A stretch of 63,856 bases of DNA, filler included, from Octopus bimaculoides (taxonomy: Eukaryota), in NCBI RefSeq assembly GCF_001194135.2. It is 8 parts of 8 records of this genome, joined end to end, with 100 filler letters (N's around TTAATTAATTAA, not from the genome) between each part and the next. Parts side by side here need not be neighbours in the genome. Positions count along the whole stretch, not along the records: positions 43,969 to 55,727 come from NC_068998.1; positions 55,828 to 58,652 come from NC_069001.1; positions 58,753 to 60,637 come from NW_026358834.1; positions 60,738 to 62,580 come from NC_068991.1; positions 62,681 to 63,856 come from NC_069008.1; 3 more parts are not named here. One strand, given 5' to 3'. The notes below the pieces were generated by a model that did not search any database, was not told the origin of the DNA, and worked only from the letters and a program-made list of their open reading frames with translations. How positions within the stretch are numbered: position 1 is the first letter of the stretch; every line of letters begins with the position of its first letter. The position numbers and the translations under genes are program-made. This document shows, one piece after another, positions 51,885 through 63,856 of this stretch.

Positions 51885-52325
51885 CCCTGTGGGATGCAAT
51901 GATTCAGTGTGATCACTTGACCAGACATCGGAAGCCGGACATTGTTGTGGTGAATAAAAAAGAAAGAACATGCATGATAATTGACATAGCATGCCCTGGT
52001 GCCAACAGAATCAATGAGAAAGAAGAAGAAAAAACTATGATGATGATTTGAAGCAGGAAATACAGAGGCTGTGGTCAATGAGGAGAGTAGACGTGATACC
52101 AATTGGAGCACTTAGAAGTTCCAATACTCAACATGGCTGAAAAAGATTGGTGGAAGTGTGAAGGTAGAACACCAACAAATATCAGAATTGCCTGGAAGTG
52201 CAAGAATTCTTCGCAGGGTTCTTGAAGCATGACCAGTAAACAAGTGTCACCTTAATCTGAAAGCTGTGGACACCTGACATTTTCCATCATATCCAGAAAA
52301 ATAAGCTGTGAGTTTTCATCACATA
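51885..52325 (+). mobile_element. RLE-type LINE 3' end fragment with (AAT)n tail
   Basis: LWDAMIQCDHLTRHRKPDIVVV..CMIIDIACP, then after a frameshift LKQEIQRLWSM...VIPIGAL...SARILRRVLE, then short UTR and ataataat. Confidence 0.8.
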
Positions 52326-52539
52326 ATAATAATTATTATTATTATTCCAAATTTTTGCCACAAGGGTAGCTTGGGGATGAGTCGATTATATCGACCCAAG
52401 TGTTCACCTGGCACTTACCTGCTGCCAAAGAATGATGAAACCATATTTCCCCCAAACTATCTGCTCATAACCTGTCCATCTACCACGTATAAAATTTCAA
52501 CCATCCTCTAGAAGAAAACACGCATTTATGGAACAGGAC

Positions 52540-53790
52540 AATATTTTCCCTACTGAACAAAAAGGGTGCTGATGGGGCTCATATGGATGCAAAGATCAAC
52601 TCCTAATCAATCGCATGATCCTTGTTACCTGTCATAACAAATACAGAAATCTCAGTTCCTCATGGATTGATTATTAAAAAAAAAACCTTTGATAGCATAC
52701 TGCATTCATGGATCTTGAAATTGCTGGATATCTTCAAAATTTCTCCTATAATTTCAAACTTCCTGAAGTACATGTCAGTATGGAATACAAATCTCCAATT
52801 ATACCACTCTAATGAGGTACTGACTACAAACAATATTAATATCAACTGCAGTATTTTCCAAGGTGACTCACTTTCACTTCTAATTGTTTGCATAACCCTA
52901 ATACCACTTACAAATGAACCTGACAGAACAAGGTATGGGTATTAAATAGACAATAAAAAAATAAACCATCTATTTTACATGGATGACTTAAAACTTTATG
53001 GCAAAGACAATAATGAGTTTGAAGGCCTATTATATTCAGTGCTGACATCAGAATGGAATTTGGTCTTGATAAATGTGCCAAAGCCACTTTCCAGAAAGGG
53101 AATTTGAAGGCTTCACATTCAGTGGTGTTAGATGTTGACACAGTTATAAAAGAACTTGAGCAGAAACAAACTTACAAATATCTTGGAATAAATGAGGGCT
53201 CTGGCATTCAGCATGCAAGCATGAAAGAGAAGATCAGAAAAGAATGTTACAGGAGAGTTTGAGCAGTCTTGAAATCTGAGTTAAATGCACATAACAAAGT
53301 GTTAGCCATAAATTCCTTAGCAGTTCAGGTTGTTATTTATAGTTTCAATGTGTTGAACTGGAATATCTATGAAATAAAGAAAATTGACAGGAGAATCCAT
53401 AAGCTGCTGACTTGCAATAAGATGTACCATCCAAAGGCAGATGCAGATCGTCTTTACCTTCTCAGAGACCAAGGAAGTCAAGGTTTGATCCAATTTGAAA
53501 TCTCTTATGAAACCACCACAATTGGATTGGCTAAATATCTTGAAACATCTAATGACTAGAAGCTAAAACTGATTGAAAACCATGAGAGATGTAAGAAGCT
53601 TTATTCTGTCATGAAGGAGAGCAAAACATTTGCTAGTAGTTCACACATAATACCCAGGTTGAACAGCATGATGGAAGTGCAACAACTGTTGTTGCAAAGA
53701 AGATGAAATCAATGACAAAGAAAAAAGTGTTTGAACAATTGGCTGAAAAGTGAGAGAAAAAACCTCTGCATGGCAAATATGTGGCCCATC
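52540..53790 (+). mobile_element. RLE-type LINE RT domain relic
   Basis: KKTFDSILHSWI, FQGDSLSLL, YMDDLKLYGK, MEFGLDKCAK, YKYLGI, LNAHNKVLAINSLAV, MYHPKADADRLY, LHGKY; stops and frameshifts. Confidence 0.9.
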
Positions 53791-53794
53791 ACCA

Positions 53795-53924
53795 AGTTGC
53801 GCATATATGGTTGTGATGCATGTGCCTAGAGTATACTCATCAGATGGGTAGTCATGATGGGTACATTGAGTTTCGTATATATGTGCCCCGGTGTCACTTT
53901 GATGGCATGTGCTGCTCTCTCTAT

Positions 53925-53925
<1 letters not shown>
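53795..53925 (+). mobile_element. 3' part of repeat family D fused to the LINE RT relic, with (AAC)n tail
   Basis: Matches 8880-9010 and 9445-9575. Confidence 0.7.
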
Positions 53926-53961
<36 letters not shown>

Positions 53962-54826
53962 GCAGCAGCAACAACAACAACAATGATAATAATGATTCCT
54001 CCTAATTTTGGGACAATCCCAGCAATTCTGAAGAGATGGGGCAAGTTGAATACACTGATCACAACTTCTGACTGGCACTGTATTTTACCAGTATGAAAAG
54101 CAAATTTGACCTAAGTGAGATTTGAACTCAGAATGTAAAGAGCTAGAAACAATACAACAAAACATTTTTCTTTTTTCATTCCGCTTATAATTTCACCAAT
54201 CCTCATTCATACATAAATAGAAAACCCGAAATCAACCCCAGTTGTTTAACTGGTACTTTATTTTATTTATCCTGGAAGATTGGAAGGTAGATGTCACCTC
54301 ACTGGGATTTGAAATCAGAACATAAAGAGCCAGATCAAATATCATGAAATGCTTTATTCAATATTCAAGTGATTCTATGAATCTGGCACCCTCATCCCTT
54401 GTCAAATTATTAATGGTAATAAAAGGAATTCTACATGGAAATTTGGGCTAAGATGCCAGTTCAATAAACTAGTCTGAAGCAAGCTGTCTATTAAGTCTGT
54501 CTTGTGTTTAGACATAGTTTAGGTAATCACCACTCCATCTTAGAAGTTGTCAGATCTAGTATTGTTTCATCTTCTGAGCGCTAATAGAAACTGATGTTTA
54601 CATTGTATTAATTGCACATCTGTATGTTTGTATGCTCCTCAGTATTCATGTGTGTGTGTTGTGCATGCGAACATACACATGTGTTTATGCGTGTGCATGT
54701 GCATGTTTGCATGTGCATGTGTGCATGTGTGTGTGTAATTCTATGTTTGTGTCAATGCATGCTGATTGAGTATTTATAGTGTGTGTTTATAAGCATCCAA
54801 GTATATATAAATATATATCTGATGGT

Positions 54827-54862
<36 letters not shown>

Positions 54863-55470
54863 TTCTATCTATCTGTGTGTGAGTGAGTGTGTGTGTGTGT
54901 GTGTGTGCATGTGTGTGTGTATGCATGTATGTAAGTACATCTGTATCTATGTATCACTGAATATATGCAGGTATGTGCAATTGTATATGCCTATGTTCGC
55001 ATTCATTTATGTGTATATATGTATATAATTATGTTCGTATTTGTCTGAATGCATGTATGACTGCATGTATGTTAATATTTATTTGTATATGCTTTTATAG
55101 TTTGTGAGTATTTATGATGTATGTTTGTAAGAATTTAGACATATATAAATATACCCATGTACACGTACACACACACGCACACACACACACACACACACAC
55201 AAACATGCAAACACACACACACAAGCAAATATGCATACAACCTCTTCTCTTTTTCATTGTCTCACATATGAATACATCTGCTTCTGTGTGTTAGTATGAG
55301 TGTGTGTGTTTGTGTGTGTTTATGTGTTCATGTGTGTGTGTATGTGCGTGTGTGCATGTGTGTGTGTGTGTGTGTGTGTGCATGTTGGTATGTGTTTACC
55401 TATGTCTGTACGTTTGTGTATGACACACATACAAACATACGTACCTGCACACGCACACACACACACGCAC

Positions 55471-55513
<43 letters not shown>

Positions 55514-55675
55514 CAGAAACCACTGGATAACTTATCTAAATTTGTATTGTTGCCCACTTGAGATATGTCCTTTTGCTCATTTTATTTTCAATTATACATA
55601 TGCACATATATATGGGTATATATATATGTATGTATATACATATATATATGTATATACATGTATAATATATATGCA

Positions 55676-55727
<52 letters not shown>

Positions 55728-55874
55728 NNNNNNNNNNNNNNNNNNNNNNNNNNNNNNNNNNNNNNNNNNNNTTAATTAATTAANNNNNNNNNNNNNNNNN
55801 NNNNNNNNNNNNNNNNNNNNNNNNNNNTATATATATATATATATATATTATTTATATTATTATTTAATTGAACC

Positions 55875-56240
55875 CCACGCATCCTTGCTCACGAACCACA
55901 TGGTTCTGCGTTGACTCCCACTGTGTGGCAACTTGGGCAAGTGTCTTCAACTATAGTCTCGGGCCGCCCAAAGCCTTGTGAGTGGATTTGGTAGGCAGAA
56001 ACTTAAAGAAGCCCGTCATATATATGTATATATGTGTATGTGTTTGTGCGTCTATGTTTGTCCCCGCGCCCACCGATGCTGGTGTGTTTACGTCCCCGTA
56101 ACTTCGCGGTTCGGCAAAAGACACCGATAGAATAAGTACTAGGCTTACAAAGAATAAACCCTGGGGTCGATTTGCTCGACTAAAGGCGGTGCTCCAGCAT
56201 GGCCACAGTCAAATGGCTGAAACAAGTAAAAGAGTAAACG
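55875..56240 (+). mobile_element. SINE family B copy
   Basis: Collinear with 46385-46921, with a short internal TA/TG tract. Confidence 0.8.
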
Positions 56241-56386
56241 AGTGTATATATAAATAGATAGATAGATACATAGATAGAAAACAAAAACTAAACAACAGTA
56301 AATATTAAAACAAAAAGTTAAATTCTTATTGTTCTATTCTTTAGAGTGTGCTTCTTTTCTGGTATATGTTTTATTGACAATATATA

Positions 56387-57200
56387 CAGGGGTTGGACAA
56401 AATAATGGAAACACCTAGCATCGTAGCATCATAATTTTGAAGTATCTATAAAACCGTCAAAAGCTTCTTTTATTTTTATGTTTTTGTGATTTATTATTAG
56501 TGTTGCTTAATATGTTTTGCTAAAATTGCTGTTTCTTTTCAGATATCATCAGCAGAAGGTAATTAAAGTTCATTAAAATGACAGATCTATCGGACTTTCA
56601 AAGAGGTCAAATTGTTGGTGCTCGTATGACAGGCACTAGCGTAACGAAGACAGCCGAAATGTTTAGTGTATCAAGAAGTACTGTCTCGAAAGTAATGACA
56701 GCCTTTCAGAAAGAGGGGAAAACCTCCTCGTCGAAACAAAACTCCGGAAGAAAACCAAAACTTTCAGATAGGGACCGGCGGACTCTTACGCGAATTATTA
56801 GAAAGGATCACAAAAGTACAGCTCCCAAGATTACTGCAGAGCTTAATGACCATCTTGAGAACCCAGTTTCCACAAAAACTGTTCACCAAGAGTTGCACAA
56901 AGCCGGATTTCACGGGAGGGCTGCAATCAGAAAACCACTGCTCTCAAAAACAAACGTTGCAAAGCGTTAGAGTAGAGTAAAAACCTATAGAATTGGTCCC
57001 TAGAGCAGTGGAAGAATGTTATTTTCTCAGACGAGTCATCCTTTACCTTATTTCCGACTACCAGCTGAGTATACGTGTGGAGAAGCATTTGACCCAGACT
57101 ACCTTTTTCCAACTGTTAAACGTGGAGGAAGATCTGTAATATCCGGGGAGGGCTATATCTTGGAAATCCACCTGCCCTGTGGTTTCCCTTCATGGGAGAA
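56387..57200 (+). mobile_element. Tc1-family transposon, left TIR + 5' half of transposase (3'-truncated)
   Basis: TA|CAGGGGTTGGACAAAATAATGGAAACACC terminus. ORF 56578-56970 LSDFQRGQIVG...VSRSTVSKV...SGRKPKLSDRDRR...VSTKTV...RKPLL. After stop/frameshift WKNVIFSDESSF (first catalytic D). Confidence 0.9.
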
Positions 57201-57204
57201 TTAA

Positions 57205-57460
57205 TAGTTAAGGCTATTGAAGCAGGGTATCCGGTTTATTGACGTAAACCCTCTTTCAGCTATCCCCACAAGAAAAAAATCCAGGCTAGTCAAGTATGGG
57301 GAACGTGATAGCCAATTGACATTGCCGTAGCGGGAGATTATTCTCTCTCCAAAGCACTGCCGTAGCAACTGCATTATCCTCTTGCGGTATGAGCAAAGTA
57401 ATACAAAGTATTTTGTATTGTTTTGAGTCCATATTGAATAAAAACGGCCTTTGGATATAT
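57205..57460 (-). mobile_element. Mariner-like (DD37D/DD41D-type) transposase catalytic fragment
   Basis: LRQCFGERIISRYGNVNWLSRSPYLTSLDFFLVG resembles RLISR.GDVNWPPRSPDLTPLDFFLWG. Confidence 0.75.
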
Positions 57461-57638
57461 ATATATATATATATATATTACGGAGATGTACTTGAATAGC
57501 AAGTGACCTCATCTGAGATTGTTTACTGGAACGAAAACAATTGCAGCGTGGAAGGTGTTTATAAGCCATTTAAGAAACACACAAAAACCATTAGATTCAC
57601 TTCANNNNNNNNNNATCTGAGATTGTTTACTGGAACGA

Positions 57639-57843
57639 AAACAATTGCAGCGTGGAAGGTGTTTATAAGCCATTTAAGAAACACACAAAAACCATTAGAT
57701 TCACTTCAACATTTAAATTTAATTTGTCAAGATATTTTCGACGAAAGTATCTTGACAAATTAAATTTAAATGTTGAAGTGAATGTAACGGTTTTTGTGTG
57801 TTTCTTAAATGGCTTATAAACACCTTCCACGCTGCAATTGTTT
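57639..57843. repeat. Near-perfect 205-bp palindrome (102-bp arms, 1-nt centre), MITE-like
   Basis: caattgcagcgtggaaggtg...gatattttcg-a-cgaaagtatc...caccttccacgctgcaattg; about 3 mismatches. Confidence 0.9.
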
Positions 57844-58590
57844 ATATATATATATGTAGAGAGAGAGAGAGAGAGAAAGGAAGGCGGGTGGGGGAAGAAG
57901 GATAGCGTGCTTTCAATAAAAGAAGAAATATCCTTTCTAATTTTTGGCACAAAGTAATTTAGAGGAGAGAGTACTGGTTATTTACATCGATCCCCGTATT
58001 TAACTGGCACTTATTTTATTCGACCTCGAAAGGATAGAAAGACAAAGTTGACCTCGATTGCATTTGAACTCAGAATGTAAAGAGCCGGAAGAAATATTGC
58101 TGAGTATATTGTCCGACTCTCGAACGATTCTGCCACGTTAATAAAAGAAGAGATATAGAGGGGAAAGAACGACTGTGAGAGAAATAAAACAACACCGATG
58201 TGATGGCGGGAAGGGTTGGAGGAATAATTCTGTCGTCTGGAACAGTTCTTCTGTACGTAACAAGAAAAAGGGTACCAAGTGCAATGAGGGTGGTGATGGG
58301 GGTAGTAGTGGTAGTAGAGAGTGAACAAAAGAACTTGTATGTAGTTGTATGAAAAGAAAGAGAGCATAGCAAATTGTAAGTAGGCCAGAGATTGTAGAAG
58401 GTGAGAGGCGGTGGGGAGGGTTCGATTATCAATAAGCAGTTTCTTGTTTGTGTTTGTGAAAGATTGCAGGGCATGAAATCGAGCAGCGACTAAAATTGCA
58501 ATTTAAACAAATTTAAGAATTAACCCTACATTTCTTTGAGTACTACTGTCATCTTTTCTTTCAGTTACAATCTTTCACAAACACACGCAT

Positions 58591-58652
<62 letters not shown>

Positions 58653-58756
58653 NNNNNNNNNNNNNNNNNNNNNNNNNNNNNNNNNNNNNNNNNNNNTTAA
58701 TTAATTAANNNNNNNNNNNNNNNNNNNNNNNNNNNNNNNNNNNNNNNNNNNNAAAA

Positions 58757-59162
58757 GCAACAAAACTGTATTAGGTTATAGCAGTACGTACGTTTCGTAC
58801 AAGCTTCATTTATTTAAGTAGTGAGAACACCACATAAGATGTACAATGAAATTATACTCCTCAGCTGCATAATGGAAGTTCATTTCAGAAAGCCATTTTG
58901 TAAATGTGTGTAAATACATGAGTAGGAGATGAAAAGAATAACATACCAGACTGTTGATTATCAGCCCAGTCAAGATGTTAGTCTCTTCATCTCCAACTCA
59001 TGTATTTACACACATTTACAAAACGGCTTTCCGAAATGAACTTCCATTATGCAGCTGAGGAGTACAATTTCATTGCACATCTTATGTGGAGTTCTCACTA
59101 CATAAATAAATGAAGCTTGTACGAAACGTACGTACTGCTATAACCTAATACATTTTTGTTGC
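58757..59162. repeat. Long foldback/MITE, about 187-bp inverted arms, 32-nt spacer
   Basis: 58757-58943 is the reverse complement of 58976-59162 at roughly 90% identity. Confidence 0.9.
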
Positions 59163-59267
59163 ATTTCTTTAAATTTAATTCACCAAATCTCTTGATTTTG
59201 CTTTTGCATTTTACCCTACCAAATTCTAGTGCCACAAACATTTTAAGTACCACATTTAATCTTTTGA

Positions 59268-59298
<31 letters not shown>

Positions 59299-60769
59299 NN
59301 NNNNNNNNNNNNNNNNNNNNNNNNNNNNNNNNNNNNNNNNNNNNNNNNNNNNNNNNNNNNNNNNNNNNNNNNNNNNNNNNNNNNNNNNNNNNNNNNNNNN
59401 NNNNNNNNNNNNNNNNNNNNNNNNNNNNNNNNNNNNNNNNNNNNNNNNNNNNNNNNNNNNNNNNNNNNNNNNNNNNNNNNNNNNNNNNNNNNNNNNNNNN
59501 NNNNNNNNNNNNNNNNNNNNNNNNNNNNNNNNNNNNNNNNNNNNNNNNNNNNNNNNNNNNNNNNNNNNNNNNNNNNNNNNNNNNNNNNNNNNNNNNNNNN
59601 NNNNNNNNNNNNNNNNNNNNNNNNNNNNNNNNNNNNNNNNNNNNNNNNNNNNNNNNNNNNNNNNNNNNNNNNNNNNNNNNNNNNNNNNNNNNNNNNNNNN
59701 NNNNNNNNNNNNNNNNNNNNNNNNNNNNNNNNNNNNNNNNNNNNNNNNNNNNNNNNNNNNNNNNNNNNNNNNNNNNNNNNNNNNNNNNNNNNNNNNNNNN
59801 NNNNNNNNNNNNNNNNNNNNNNNNNNNNNNNNNNNNNNNNNNNNNNNNNNNNNNNNNNNNNNNNNNNNNNNNNNNNNNNNNNNNNNNNNNNNNNNNNNNN
59901 NNNNNNNNNNNNNNNNNNNNNNNNNNNNNNNNNNNNNNNNNNNNNNNNNNNNNNNNNNNNNNNNNNNNNNNNNNNNNNNNNNNNNNNNNNNNNNNNNNNN
60001 NNNNNNNNNNNNNNNNNNNNNNNNNNNNNNNNNNNNNNNNNNNNNNNNNNNNNNNNNNNNNNNNNNNNNNNNNNNNNNNNNNTATATATTATATATTATA
60101 CATTATATATACGTATCCATATACAGGGCAAGAGGGAGAGAGTGAAAACAAAAGAATGAGGATTTATTGATCATTTATCAGCTACGTACGTTTCAAATAG
60201 AGTACCATTCCTCAAAATGCTGCAATGCAACACTTGTGCACAACATAATCGATCCCCTTTTTTGATAAATTAAAATACTACGAAGAGCGAAAATTTCAAC
60301 GCATTCCTGTTCTTATCAATGCTATATCTTTACTGCTTATATTGTTGAACATTTTAAAGAAGTAGATAGTAAATTTAGGTAGGCTTGCGAAATTATGACA
60401 TATGCACGCGTGATGTTTGGTACACTCATGATCACAGAGCGAGTTAACTATCTACTTGGTATTTGTAAGAATTGGGAGGTTAACAGTAAACTTAAGTCAT
60501 CCATACCTTGAAGTAAATTATGTTAACAGTTACTCAAAATTAATTGCCACTGTATGCATGTATATATATGTATTATTTCTTTACTATCCACAGAGGGGAC
60601 AAACAAGGACAGACAAACGGATTAAGTCGATTATATCNNNNNNNNNNNNNNNNNNNNNNNNNNNNNNNNNNNNNNNNNNNNTTAATTAATTAANNNNNNN
60701 NNNNNNNNNNNNNNNNNNNNNNNNNNNNNNNNNNNNNATTAATCATTTGCCACCTTCAAAACAATCATT

Positions 60770-61860
60770 ACCAAAACCACCACCACCACTACCACTACCA
60801 CCACCACCACCACCACCACCACCACTACTACCAATACCAACATCGTCACCACCGCTTCTATAACTACCATTACCATGATCATTGTTATTATGCGACCACC
60901 AACACCAAAGCCTCCACCACCACCACTACCACCTCCACCACCACCTCCACCACCACTACCACTACCACCAGTAATATAGCCTCCCCACCAACACTACAAG
61001 TTCCACCTCCTCCACCACTAACATCGCAACTTCCATCACCACTACCACCACCACTGCTATCCTCACTACCACAGCCACAACCACCCCCACTTCAACTACT
61101 ACTACTACTACTACCAGCAACACATCCTCCATCACCATCACTACTACTACGACCATAGCCTCCACCACCACCACAACCACCATCACAACAACAACAGCAA
61201 TACTACTACCACCAATTCTATTACCACCACCAATGGCATCATTACCACCACAGCTTTCTCCACCACCACCGTCACCAATTCGAAGCAATACCAGCCCCAC
61301 ATTAATTACTACCACCTTTTCCACTTATCACACATTCGCCACTACCACTTCTGCCGCTACCAAACAAGCCCCACCCCTATACCACTATCACTACAAGACA
61401 ACCGCCACAACTGGGATCAGCATAATACTAACACCTGTACTACTTTCTCAACCATGCCACCACAATAAAACAACCACCGATAGCAATACCTCTACTACAT
61501 CATTAACAGTAATCACGAAATCACCAATACCACTGAGCCTACGCAACCACTACCACTAGTGGTACTACGGATGACCATCATCACTAACACTGGTCAATCC
61601 ACCAATACCACTAGGGACGTCTGAACAGAGTTCCAGGCCCCCCGGGAAAATTCATGGTACCGGGGCCTATTGTGGTTATTTTATCGAGAGCAAACAACCA
61701 CGGCATGTATATAGACCCCGACTGCGGACCCTAAACATGCGAAGGCCCGGGACGATTGCCCAGTGTGCCCCTGAGTTAAGGCGGTACTGAAAACCATTAA
61801 CGATACTGTATAATTATTAAACCGCACTGCTGCTGCTGCTTACTACTACTACTACTACCA

Positions 61861-61904
<44 letters not shown>

Positions 61905-61920
61905 GCTACCAGTACTGCTG

Positions 61921-61966
<46 letters not shown>

Positions 61967-61986
61967 AACTGCTACCAGTACTGCTG

Positions 61987-62038
<52 letters not shown>

Positions 62039-62046
62039 CACTACTT

Positions 62047-62080
<34 letters not shown>

Positions 62081-62100
62081 CTTTAGTACCACTGACTTTA
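60770..62100. repeat. (ACC/ACT)n low-complexity field
   Basis: Directly visible; interrupted by the hAT-type MITE at 61612. Confidence 0.9.
61612..61789. mobile_element. Old hAT-type MITE (178 bp)
   Basis: Imperfect TIRs tagggacgtctgaac / gttaaggcggtactg; 8-bp TSD aataccac / aaaaccat (6 of 8). Confidence 0.5.
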
Positions 62101-62680
62101 CTAAACCCACATATAAATACCTGCCATCAAAATCGCTGTTTCTGTAATCGTTTGATCTGCTAGAAATAATAGCAAACAGTACCCTAAGTCTCTCAGATCA
62201 TATCCTGACATCCTTAAGTGCAGGAGTGGCTGTGTGGTAAGAAGCTTGCTCACCAACCACATGGTTCCGGTTTCAGTCCCACTGCGTGGCACCTTGGGCA
62301 AGTGTCTTCTACTATAGCCTCGGGCCGACCAAAGCCGTGTGAGTGGATTTGGTAGACGGAAACTGAAAGGCACGGTGCCCTTAAGAGACCATTGAAATGT
62401 GATCTTTGTTTATTGGAAAAAATGAATATCTTGTTCCAGGATAAGAAGGCGCTTAACCAAAGACGCGAACTTTTAAACACATGTAGGCATGCGTCCAAAT
62501 TTAAAATGTCTACATGTAATATTCCATATGGGTAAAATTTTGGACTATGATCGACTCCTTATAACCATTGTGCAATCTGANNNNNNNNNNNNNNNNNNNN
62601 NNNNNNNNNNNNNNNNNNNNNNNNTTAATTAATTAANNNNNNNNNNNNNNNNNNNNNNNNNNNNNNNNNNNNNNNNNNNN

Positions 62681-62731
<51 letters not shown>

Positions 62732-63455
62732 CTATGTTGTGTGTGTATTTATATGAGTGTATTTGTATGTCTATAGTGAAATGTCAAATGAAAAAGTAAT
62801 GAACAAGACAGACAAAATATTTTATAAGCTCTTTGTGAACAAAAATAAATGAGGTAAACAAATTGTCCAGTGATATGTGGGAATCCAGGTGACGTGTACT
62901 TTATCAAACTGTCACAAGTCCATCTTGTAAATTTAAAGTTTAGTCACCTTGTAAAATCGCTGTTTTGTTACAGGGCATTCTCGAAAAGGCCCAAAGCTAA
63001 TGGGTGTTTATTAATTTTATTCCAGCTGGCTTTCACATGTTTCCAATAAGGCTGGAGAATCATAGACCCTTGGTACTATAATCACCATTATTAATAGATC
63101 CCATAATTTAATAGATCCCACCAATTGAATAGAGCAGAGAACATTTATTTTCTCGGTAACTATGATGCTCCATTCTTATCAGAAACACGTGTAACCTGGA
63201 ATAAAATGAACAAATGTTTATTACTGTTATGCCCTTTTCTGTACATGCATATATATAAATGTGTGTGTGTGTGTGTGTATGTTATGTTAGGTTTTGAGTA
63301 ACCATGGTATACTCAGCCACCACTTACACTAAAATTCAATGAGTAGATTAGTTCTGTTTGATCAAACCACTGAAATACTTATCACAGGAGATGACATACA
63401 TCCATTTGCATATACACACACATATATATATATACACATATATACATATAAGTTT

Positions 63456-63494
<39 letters not shown>

Positions 63495-63681
63495 AACACA
63501 CACATATACACACACATATGACATGTAGTGGTGATGTTTCTCCAGCTATGTGAAGTCTAGCCACATGAAGGGCCGGTGTTATTAATTATTAATTAATAAT
63601 TAGGGCAATTCTGTTAAAATATTCATTGTATTGATCGACTTCATTGATGTTCCTATCCCAGGATGAACTATACATACAGCA

Positions 63682-63737
<56 letters not shown>

Positions 63738-63856
63738 ATACATATATATATATATGTATGTATGTGAATATATATACATACATATATGTGTGTATGTGAA
63801 TATATATACATATATATATGTATTTATATATGTATGTGTATATATATATATATATA

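Noticed and set aside
57511-57708. Exact 94-bp direct duplication (57511-57604 / 57615-57708)
   Set aside because: Identical copies either side of a 10-N gap; typical unmerged contig overlap.
1-63856. CRISPR arrays or prokaryotic operons
   Set aside because: Eukaryotic repeat-rich DNA; recurring 30-40 bp words belong to dispersed SINE copies, with no regular repeat-spacer period or cas-like ORFs.

Overview
AT-rich, microsatellite-saturated eukaryotic DNA with many N gaps. The repeat landscape suggests an octopus genome (inference, not checked). One host protein-coding exon is clear: a GT31 beta-1,3-galactosyltransferase-like CDS (15715-16749, minus). There is also one tRNA-Thr(UGU) gene (2521-2593, minus). 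The rest is a mosaic of decayed retroelements (RTE, CR1/L2-like, RLE-type R4/Dong-like LINEs, a Penelope-type GIY-YIG), Tc1/mariner relics, hAT-type MITEs, long palindromes and dozens of copies of several SINE-like families. Most ORF-track entries are microsatellite or gap artefacts. The best leads are three hammerhead-ribozyme-like motifs within 1.2 kb (32040-33160), one in an element with tRNA-type A/B boxes, and a Myb/SANT-like domain fused in frame to a LINE ORF2 fragment next to a foldback structure (26954-28850). All calls were made by eye; boundaries of decayed elements are approximate.
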